Part shown: positions 57,016-64,000 of the stretch, piece after piece
Numbering within the stretch: position 1 is the first letter of the stretch
Layout of the letters: each line of letters starts with the position of its first letter
Origin: Thermoproteota archaeon
GTDB lineage: Archaea; Korarchaeota; Korarchaeia; Korarchaeales; Korarchaeaceae
Length of the DNA stretch: 64,000 nt
Direction: 5' to 3'
Assembly (NCBI GenBank): GCA_027491435.1
Contig: JAOZFG010000028.1
Span: 27,955-91,954 of the forward strand
The notes under the pieces: model-generated
What the model saw: only the letters and a program-made list of their open reading frames with translations
The model's database searches: none
Told to the model about the DNA's origin: nothing
Program-made: the position numbers and the translations under genes

Positions 57016-57575
57016 AGGTCAGCAGGGCCACAAGGGAAACCAAGATAAGCTTGGAAGTCAGCCTGTACGGTAAGGGCGAGTTTAAAGGGGGTACCGGGCT
57101 GACATTCTTTGATCACATGCTCAGGACCCTGACGTTCTACTCTGGCATGGACTTGAGCGTTGAGGCTGAGTGGGATCTCAGCCACCACCTGATGGAGGAC
57201 CTCATGTACTTGCTGGGCGTCTCCTTGTCCAAGGGCTTAGGGGACAGGAAGGGCATAGCCAGATACGGGTGGTCAGTGGTCCCCATGGACGAGTCCCTCG
57301 TGCTAACCTCTGTAGACCTAGGCGGGAGGCCCTACTTCTCCTCAGACATACCTTCAGGACTCGTTGAGGGCCTTTCCACCGAAGACCTGATGCACGGGGT
57401 GGAGTCCTTTGCCAGAGGGGCTTTAGCAACGGTGCACGTAGTGGCTTTAAGGAAGGGCAACCTGCACCACCTCGTTGAGGCCTCCTTCAAGTCCCTAGGC
57501 CTCTCCCTAAGGCAGGCCCTCCAGAAGGTTGGAAGCCAGATAGCTAGCGTTAAGGGGGTGATCGACGTTGGTTAG
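57012..57575 (+). CDS. hisB: Imidazoleglycerol-phosphate dehydratase
   Basis: RATRET, FFDHML, HHLMED, PMDES and NLHHLVEASFK. Confidence 0.95.
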   Translation: MKVSRATRETKISLEVSLYGKGEFKGGTGLTFFDHMLRTLTFYSGMDLSVEAEWDLSHHLMEDLMYLLGVSLSKGLGDRKGIARYGWSVVPMDESLVLTSVDLGGRPYFSSDIPSGLVEGLSTEDLMHGVESFARGALATVHVVALRKGNLHHLVEASFKSLGLSLRQALQKVGSQIASVKGVIDVG

Positions 57576-58131
57576 GGTTTTCCTCGTGGACTACGGGGTG
57601 GGAAACGTCTTCAGCATAAGGAAGGCCCTGCAGGATCAAGGGGCCGAGGTGACCACTGAGGCTGAGGACTACGATGCCGTTGTCCTTCCGGGAGTTGGCA
57701 GCTACGACGGGGCCCTCTCCCAGATGAACAGGCAGGAGGTTCTTGAAGCCGTAAACAACTTCCCCACACTGGGCATTTGTCTGGGAATGCAGCTACTCTT
57801 TGAGAGGAGTGAGGAAGGAAAGCTTGAGGGTCTTAAGGTGATTAGGGGAGAGGTTCTTAGGTTCAGGGGGGTGAAGGCCCCGCACATGGGTTGGAGCCTA
57901 GTCAAAGGGTGGAGCAGGCTTTTCCAGGGGGAAGGCTACTTCTACTTCGCCCACTCCTACTACACAGTTCCCAAGGAGGACGTGGTCAGGGGAGTGGTAA
58001 ACTACGAGGGGATTGAAGTTCCGGCTATAGTGGAGAAGGGGGACGTATTCGGGACCCAGTTCCACCCGGAGAAGTCAGGCAAGAGGGGCAGGGAAGTGAT
58101 CAGGAGGTTCCTGGAGGTGGTGAGGTCCTGA
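57568..58131 (+). CDS. hisH: Imidazole glycerol phosphate synthase, glutaminase subunit
   Basis: DYGVGN, LPGVG, GICLGMQ, PHMGW, YFAHSY and QFHPEKS. Confidence 0.95.
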   Translation: MVRVFLVDYGVGNVFSIRKALQDQGAEVTTEAEDYDAVVLPGVGSYDGALSQMNRQEVLEAVNNFPTLGICLGMQLLFERSEEGKLEGLKVIRGEVLRFRGVKAPHMGWSLVKGWSRLFQGEGYFYFAHSYYTVPKEDVVRGVVNYEGIEVPAIVEKGDVFGTQFHPEKSGKRGREVIRRFLEVVRS

Positions 58132-58823
58132 TGCTGGCGATACCTGCTATAGACCTTTCAGGCGGCAGGGCAGTAAGGCTGGTGGGCCCGGAGGTTAGGG
58201 AATACGGGAACCCCTGGACTTGGGCTGAAAAGTTCTTAGGGGCTAGGAGGGTTCACGTTGTGGACATTGACGCCGCCTTGGGCAGGGGAAACAATTGGGA
58301 GCTCCTGATGAAATTAGTTAGGTGGTTTACTGGTAGGGGCGTCGAAGTACAGGTTGGAGGGGGCTTGAGGACTGCGGAGCTGGCTGTCAAGGTTATGGAA
58401 GCCGGTGGAATCCCTATCGTCGGCACCTTGGCGTTCAAGGATAGGGGGGCCTTGGCGAAGCTCTTGGATAGGGGGCCCGTGATAGTCTCGGTGGACAGCC
58501 TTCAGGGAAGGGTTAGGGTGAGAGGTTGGAGGGAAGATACGGGCCTTTCCGTAGAGGAGGCCCTGGAAGATTTCACCTCAATGGGGGTTAAGCAGTTCCT
58601 GCTCACCGGCATCTCCAGGGACGGGAGCTTGTCCGGAATAGATGAGTCCCTGACCCACCTGCCAGCCCTCTTCAGGGCCGACCTGATATACGCAGGGGGC
58701 GTCTCCTCCCTTGAGGATCTAATGAAGCTTAGGGACCTCGGCTTCTGGGGTGCAGTGGTTGGTAGAGCCATCTACGAGACTAGCCTGCTCCAGGAGCTGA
58801 TTAAAAGGAGGTGGGATCTTTGA
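58131..58823 (+). CDS. hisA: ProFAR isomerase
   Basis: [44 protein letters not shown] and GRAIY. Confidence 0.92.
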   Translation: MLAIPAIDLSGGRAVRLVGPEVREYGNPWTWAEKFLGARRVHVVDIDAALGRGNNWELLMKLVRWFTGRGVEVQVGGGLRTAELAVKVMEAGGIPIVGTLAFKDRGALAKLLDRGPVIVSVDSLQGRVRVRGWREDTGLSVEEALEDFTSMGVKQFLLTGISRDGSLSGIDESLTHLPALFRADLIYAGGVSSLEDLMKLRDLGFWGAVVGRAIYETSLLQELIKRRWDL

Positions 58824-59575
58824 CGGCTAAGAGGATAATCCCCTGCCTGGACGTCAAGGACGGCAGGGTGGTTAAGGGGATCTCCTTCGTTAACTTGAGG
58901 GATGCAGGAGATCCAGTCACCCAGGCCAAGATATACGATGAACAGGGAGCAGATGAGCTCGTCTTCCTGGACATAACTGCGAGCAGGGAGAAGAGGAAGA
59001 CCTTGGTCGACCTGGTGAGGTCGGTTGCTGAAGTGCTCACCATTCCCTTCACGGTCGGAGGTGGGGTATCCTCAATAGACGACTTCTACAAGCTGTTGAG
59101 GGCGGGGGCCGATAAGGTCTCCATAAACACGGCTGCTGTCCTCAAACCGGAGCTCATAACCGAGGCCGCCTCCGTGTTCGGTTCTCAGTGCGTGGTAGTG
59201 GCCATAGACGCCAAGAGGAAGGGGGAGAGCTGGGAGGTCTACATAAGGGGCGGCACTGAGCCTACTGGCCTGGACGCCATAAAGTGGGCCAAGAAGGTTG
59301 AAGAGTTGGGTGCAGGCGAAATACTGCTCACCTCCATAGACAGGGACGGGACCAAGGACGGGTACGACGTTGAGCTCACCAGGGGGGTGGCTGAAGAGGT
59401 ATCCATCCCTGTGATAGCCAGTGGAGGGGCTGGCAGGATGGAGCACTTCCTAGAGGTTTTAACCGAGGGAAGGGCTGATGCAGCTCTGGCTGCGAGCGTC
59501 TTCCACTTTGGTGAGATTTCGATACCTGATCTGAAAGCTTACCTAATGGCCAGGGGAGTGGAGGTGAGACTATGA
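58811..59575 (+). CDS. hisF: Imidazole glycerol phosphate synthase, cyclase subunit
   Basis: [48 protein letters not shown] and AALAASVFH. Confidence 0.97.
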   Translation: MGSLTAKRIIPCLDVKDGRVVKGISFVNLRDAGDPVTQAKIYDEQGADELVFLDITASREKRKTLVDLVRSVAEVLTIPFTVGGGVSSIDDFYKLLRAGADKVSINTAAVLKPELITEAASVFGSQCVVVAIDAKRKGESWEVYIRGGTEPTGLDAIKWAKKVEELGAGEILLTSIDRDGTKDGYDVELTRGVAEEVSIPVIASGGAGRMEHFLEVLTEGRADAALAASVFHFGEISIPDLKAYLMARGVEVRL

Positions 59576-60543
59576 TGGTGAGCTTTGATAAGGTGAACTT
59601 CGAGAAGATGATGGGGCTCGTACCCGTAATAGTGAGGAGCTCAGTAACTGGTGAAATATTAATGCAGGCTTACGCAAACGAGGAGGCCCTCAAGAGGACT
59701 ATGGAGACGGGCTACGCCCACTTCTACAGCAGAACTAGGAAGAAGCTCTGGATGAAGGGTGAGACCTCAGGGAACGTCTTGAAGGTGCTTAAAGTCTGGA
59801 CCGACTGCGACTACGACGCTATAATTTATGAGGCCGTTCCATCAGGCCCAACCTGCCACACAGGAAGGTGGAGCTGCTTCCACAACTGGCTCCAGTACGA
59901 CGTTAGGTGGGACAAGCTCTGGGAGCTACTTGTTGAGGCCTTCTCCAAGGCCAGGGTCAGGGTTAGGAGGGGAGTAGGCGTGAAGGGCAACTACCTCTAC
60001 GTCATAAACCCGATAACCGACAGCATACCTCCTGCTGACCCCCTGATGGTCTCCCTGATGACTGATTACCTGTTGGACGGGCTGGAGTTCAGGGACTTGG
60101 ACAAGGTAGTCACTCCTGAAGCACTAGGCCTCCCTTTAGGCTCTGTCATAGCTTACAAGACGGGCCTTCCCCAGGCAATAGTTAGGAAGAGGGATTACGG
60201 GGTCGAGGGCGTGAAGGTGAAGTACAGGTCAGGCTACGAGGAGGGCTACTACTACGTTTACGGGGTGAAGCCGGGAGACAAGGTGTTGCTGGTGGATGAC
60301 GCCCTCTCAACTGGGGGCACGGCAGTTTCCATCCTGGAAGCCTTCTCTAGGATGGGGGTTGAGGTTAGGTCCGTCCTGGTAGGTCTGAACAAGCCACAAT
60401 ACGGGGGAGAAGAGAGGGTGAAGTCCATGGGCTATGAGGTAAGGAAAGTTGTCGACCTGACCGTTAAAGAGGAGGGCGTCCTGGCGATAGAGTTCAACGG
60501 AAAGAGGAGGGAGTTGAAAGTTCCGGTAATTCACTCCACGTAG
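59572..60543 (+). CDS. hisI: Fusion of phosphoribosyl-AMP cyclohydrolase (HisI) and an archaeal Hpt-like purine phosphoribosyltransferase
   Basis: N-terminus: [31 protein letters not shown]-terminus: [25 protein letters not shown] and the PRPP loop [13 protein letters not shown]. Confidence 0.9.
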   Translation: MMVSFDKVNFEKMMGLVPVIVRSSVTGEILMQAYANEEALKRTMETGYAHFYSRTRKKLWMKGETSGNVLKVLKVWTDCDYDAIIYEAVPSGPTCHTGRWSCFHNWLQYDVRWDKLWELLVEAFSKARVRVRRGVGVKGNYLYVINPITDSIPPADPLMVSLMTDYLLDGLEFRDLDKVVTPEALGLPLGSVIAYKTGLPQAIVRKRDYGVEGVKVKYRSGYEEGYYYVYGVKPGDKVLLVDDALSTGGTAVSILEAFSRMGVEVRSVLVGLNKPQYGGEERVKSMGYEVRKVVDLTVKEEGVLAIEFNGKRRELKVPVIHST

Positions 60544-60884
60544 AAGGCTGCAAACCCCCCTATCCCTCCCAGTACGGCCCCTACGATCGCGGCGTAAACG
60601 AGGCCCGAAAGGGCCAGACTCGGGAACCAGCTAAGGAGGGAGAAGGTCAGCAGGTAGTCGACTACCGCCAGCACCGCCCCCATCATCGCCCCCCTCTTAG
60701 CCCCCTCTATCTGATCTTTGGGCAGATCCCCGTAGTACATCGAGAAGTAAGAGTAAAGGAACCCAGCTACGAGCACAGCCAGGCTAATTAAGCCGGGCAG
60801 TATTCCAAGGATGAATCCTATCAAGAAGGACATGACTTGGTAATTGTCCCTCCTGATGAAGGTCAGGTGATCCGCTAACGCCAT
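60531..60884 (-). CDS. Small Gly-rich membrane protein
   Basis: Four hydrophobic segments with GxxxG repeats; a TTTAAATA box lies upstream. Confidence 0.7.
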   Translation of the reverse strand: MALADHLTFIRRDNYQVMSFLIGFILGILPGLISLAVLVAGFLYSYFSMYYGDLPKDQIEGAKRGAMMGAVLAVVDYLLTFSLLSWFPSLALSGLVYAAIVGAVLGGIGGFAAFYVE

Positions 60885-60994
60885 GTTCCCCCCTGAATCT
60901 ACCGCCCAGTATTTAAATTAGGTCGTGGGGTTATTAGCCCCGCCTAACAGACCTTTCGACTATTTTTTAAGTAGCCCCCAAGCCCGGGAGACTG

Positions 60995-62692
60995 ATGGAG
61001 ATAAGAAAACAGCTCGCTGATAGTAAGAAGCCGCACGCCATGCTGGTGAAGTGGGTCACTGTGTCAGCTGCTATAGGAGTTATAACCGGGCTGTCAGTCT
61101 CCTTTCTAGAGCTGGCCGTCTTGGACACTTTCGACCTCATGTTGAGCTTCTTCAAGCTACACCCCTTCCTAATGCTGATAATTCCCACTGCGAGCTTGGG
61201 GTTTGTGGGGCTCCTGAGGGATAAGCTCACTGAGAGGCCCTCTCTACACGGGACTGAGGAGGTTCTAGACGCCTACCACTACCAGGAGGGGGAGCTTTCC
61301 CTTAGGGACGTGCCCGTGAAGATAGCTGGGTCCATCCTGACCATAGGATCTGGAGGCAGCGCCGGCCTTGAGGGGCCTAGCATACACATAGGAGGGGCTG
61401 TGGGGTATGCAGTGAAGAAGGTCATGGACAGGCTTAACATGGACGGCAACGCAAGGTTGCTCCTGCTCACCGGCGCAGCCTCCGGCATAGGGGCCATATT
61501 CAAGGCCCCCTTGACGGGGCTCATGTTCGCCCTGGAAGTCCCCTATAAGGATGATATGGCTCATCAAGCAGTTGTGCCCGCCCTAATATCGTCTGTGGTG
61601 TCTTACATAACCCTGATTACGATCCTAGGAGCTGAACCCATCTTCAAGCACTTCAAAACTTACAAGGAGCTGGACCTCCTCCTGATAGGACAAAGCTTGT
61701 TGGAAGGGGTGATAATAGGGGTTATGGCCTTCCTCTTCGTTAAGCTGACCTCACTAATTGAAAGCTTGATGGAAGGGAGGAGTTACTGGTTAAGGGGGCT
61801 GTTAGGAGGGCTCTCCGTTGGGGCCCTAGGGCTGTTATCCCTTTACGCTTACGGAGGGGTCTACCCACTAGGCCTGAGCTACGACGTGGTCGGGATGTCC
61901 TTCGAGGGCGGGGACCCCTACTTCTTTCTGGGGCTGGCCTTCCTCAAGATGTTGACCACCGCCTTCACTTTGGGAAGCGCTGGCATCGGAGGGGTCTTCA
62001 TACCCTCAATAGTCATAGGGTCAGCGCTAGGGTCAGCCTTCAGTTCCATAAACCCGGAGGGAAGGAGCCTTTTCGTGGCTATAGGAATGTCTTCCTTCCT
62101 TTCAGCGGCCTTTAAGACTCCTCTGGCATCAGTTACCTTCGTAGCCGAAACCACGGGTTCAGAGGCCTACATAATCCCCGGATTAATAGCTTCAGCTGTC
62201 TCCTACATAGTTACGGGGAAGTACTCCCTCCCCAAGAACCAGAGGTTCGTGGAGGTGACCACCCTAGAGGAGCTGGGTAGGATCCTGGTGGGGAGGATAA
62301 TGACCCCGCCGCCCCCCGTAGTCGACGCTGATATAACTTTAAAGGAGTTCATGAGGAGGTACTTTCTCAAGGAGCACAAGTACTCCACCTTCCCGGTGAG
62401 GGCGTCCAACGGCAAGCTAATAGGAGTGATAACCGTAAATGACGTCGACTCCGTGCCTACGGAGGAGTGGGACAGGCGCAGGGTAGTGGAAGTTTTGAGG
62501 AAGGTTGAGTTCCTCAGGCCTAATGAGAGCGTGTTGAGCGCCCTAGACAAGTTCTACGAGTACGGGATACACTGCCTCCCCGTGGTGGACCCTGTGACCG
62601 GGGAGGTGGTTGGGACCCTCTCCACTGACGACGTGGTCAGGTACCTGGAGCACAGGAGAATGCTCAAAAAGACCACTCTCTTCTTCAGATGA
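60995..62692 (+). CDS. ClC-family chloride channel/antiporter with CBS pair
   Basis: GGSAGLEGP, FKAPLTG, GGVFIPS and FKTPL, followed by two CBS domains. Confidence 0.93.
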   Translation: MEIRKQLADSKKPHAMLVKWVTVSAAIGVITGLSVSFLELAVLDTFDLMLSFFKLHPFLMLIIPTASLGFVGLLRDKLTERPSLHGTEEVLDAYHYQEGELSLRDVPVKIAGSILTIGSGGSAGLEGPSIHIGGAVGYAVKKVMDRLNMDGNARLLLLTGAASGIGAIFKAPLTGLMFALEVPYKDDMAHQAVVPALISSVVSYITLITILGAEPIFKHFKTYKELDLLLIGQSLLEGVIIGVMAFLFVKLTSLIESLMEGRSYWLRGLLGGLSVGALGLLSLYAYGGVYPLGLSYDVVGMSFEGGDPYFFLGLAFLKMLTTAFTLGSAGIGGVFIPSIVIGSALGSAFSSINPEGRSLFVAIGMSSFLSAAFKTPLASVTFVAETTGSEAYIIPGLIASAVSYIVTGKYSLPKNQRFVEVTTLEELGRILVGRIMTPPPPVVDADITLKEFMRRYFLKEHKYSTFPVRASNGKLIGVITVNDVDSVPTEEWDRRRVVEVLRKVEFLRPNESVLSALDKFYEYGIHCLPVVDPVTGEVVGTLSTDDVVRYLEHRRMLKKTTLFFR

Positions 62693-64000
62693 TTACCTCT
62701 TCAACTCCCACCTAACCCTTCTCATCCTCTCCCTCAACACCTCCCTTCGGGTCATCGTCCTGGGCTCCCTCTCGTAGGGTTCAGTTCCTTCCCTGAAAAC
62801 TGGCAACACCCTGCCGTCTACCTCCGGTATGGGCATGCCCAGGAGGTGCATCACGGTGGGCATGACGTCGTAAACCTTGGCCTCCACGGCGCCCTGGCCT
62901 ATCTCAGGCCCCATGGCCATGAAAACGCCGTTAATTGTGTGGTCTCCCCTCTTATCCGACTTACCGAACAGCTGGTAAGCTTCCCTCTCCACCGAGTAGC
63001 CAGGCCTTAGAACGGCGATCAGATGGGGGGCCAGCTTTAGGTGAGGCCCTCTGTAAAGCTCCTCCCTTAAGTAGATCTTCTCCACCACTTTTTCACCCGT
63101 CTCCGGATCTCTAACCTCTTCAAGTAGCCCCTTAACCTCGTTGATGACCTCAGGCCTTTTAACGTAAACGCTGCCGTACCCGTAGGCTATGGCCTCGCTT
63201 TTGTCAGGGTCAAAGTCATCAGGCCTAGAGAGTCCTGGAGGGGCTTTTCCTAACCTTCTGTAAATTTTCAGTGCCAGTTTCAGCATGCCTACCTTCCTCA
63301 GCCACCTCTTCAAGGTCCCCCTGTCCACCACCCTGATATTCCCCCTGGGGACTAGGAGGCCCCTCTCGAGGAACAGGCGGTTGGGATAGAAGCTCCTGTC
63401 CACCGGGCCAAACCCGTGATCTGAAACAACTATCAGGTTGTAATCTCCCCTCTCAGCCCCCTCCATTAGGTCCCCCAGCAGCTCATCCACCTTGCCGAAG
63501 TACTCCCTCATTACGTCAGTGCCGAAGGAGAGGTGTTGAACCCTGTCCGTACAAGCTATGACGGCGAAGAACAGGTTCCAATCCCTCCCGATCAAGTGTC
63601 TTATAAGCTTCTCCCTCTGCCCGGTCACCTCAATCAGGTCCCTTAGGAACTTCCCCTCATTGCCGACGTACATGCTCCATTTGAGCTCAAACTTGTAATC
63701 AGGAATTAGATCACGAATTTTCTGGGCGAATTCTGGTGGGTAAGTGGACTTATTGTTGAGTGAAGGCGTGAGCATTCCGGTGACCATCAAGCCGTCTATC
63801 CTCTTAGCTGGGTATGAGATGGGCAGGTTGATTACCACGGACTTGGGGATGTAGTCCCATAGCTCAGGGCTCCTCTTGTCCCTTGAGTTAACCAGCTTAA
63901 CTACCCAGCCCGAATCCGACCAGGACACCCTGAAGAAGTCAAAGAGCCCGTGTTTTCCGGGGTTCACTCCTGTGGTTATTGAGGTCCACCCTGGGGGGGT
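62693..64000 (-). CDS. Alkaline phosphatase superfamily / nucleotide pyrophosphatase-phosphodiesterase, 5'-truncated by the window
   Basis: The frame is open to the window end (TPPGWTSITTGVNPGKHG), with TDRVQH, VSDHGF, GDH and YDVMPT. Confidence 0.88.
   Translation of the reverse strand, partial: TPPGWTSITTGVNPGKHGLFDFFRVSWSDSGWVVKLVNSRDKRSPELWDYIPKSVVINLPISYPAKRIDGLMVTGMLTPSLNNKSTYPPEFAQKIRDLIPDYKFELKWSMYVGNEGKFLRDLIEVTGQREKLIRHLIGRDWNLFFAVIACTDRVQHLSFGTDVMREYFGKVDELLGDLMEGAERGDYNLIVVSDHGFGPVDRSFYPNRLFLERGLLVPRGNIRVVDRGTLKRWLRKVGMLKLALKIYRRLGKAPPGLSRPDDFDPDKSEAIAYGYGSVYVKRPEVINEVKGLLEEVRDPETGEKVVEKIYLREELYRGPHLKLAPHLIAVLRPGYSVEREAYQLFGKSDKRGDHTINGVFMAMGPEIGQGAVEAKVYDVMPTVMHLLGMPIPEVDGRVLPVFREGTEPYEREPRTMTRREVLRERMRRVRWELKR

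Noticed and set aside
1-64000. tRNA, rRNA, transposase or integrase genes
   Set aside because: None recognised by eye in any intergenic gap or ORF. A tRNAscan-SE/Infernal run would be needed to exclude split or intron-containing tRNAs.

Overview
A gene-dense 64 kb window from a probably hyperthermophilic archaeon. AGG/ATA-rich codons, GGTGA ribosome-binding sites, TTTA[A/T]A boxes and archaeal-type LeuRS, Cdc48, XPB-Bax1 and RibL point to a TACK-like lineage; Korarchaeota is plausible but cannot be proven here. The left end holds a type III-B CRISPR effector operon (cas10/cmr2-cmr3-cmr4-cmr5 plus a truncated Cmr1-like RAMP), and I see no CRISPR array in the window. Next come a UbiD/UbiA pair, a long minus-strand run (KaiC-like ATPase, ABC-2 exporter, MarC, a double GT-C glycosyltransferase, NitT/TauT ABC importer) and a divergently split Dpp/Opp transporter with an M20 peptidase and PLD nuclease. 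The middle holds an MNT-HEPN pair, icd, xpb-bax1, leuS, a bacterial-type class I GAPDH, a regulator-hsp20-cdc48 heat-shock cluster and a decayed ATPase plus TOPRIM-like pair. The right part holds TerC, pdaD, a CARF-like HTH regulator that appears to start at CTG, heme O synthase, surface proteins, ribL, a his operon (G-C-B-H-A-F-I), a ClC channel and a partial AlkP-family gene. The most notable observations are the HisI-purine phosphoribosyltransferase fusion in an operon lacking hisD and hisE, a candidate structured RNA of about 160 nt, the CTG-start CARF-like regulator, the double glycosyltransferase with a read-through tail and the decayed defence-like module. All calls come from motif recognition by eye; no database searches were run.
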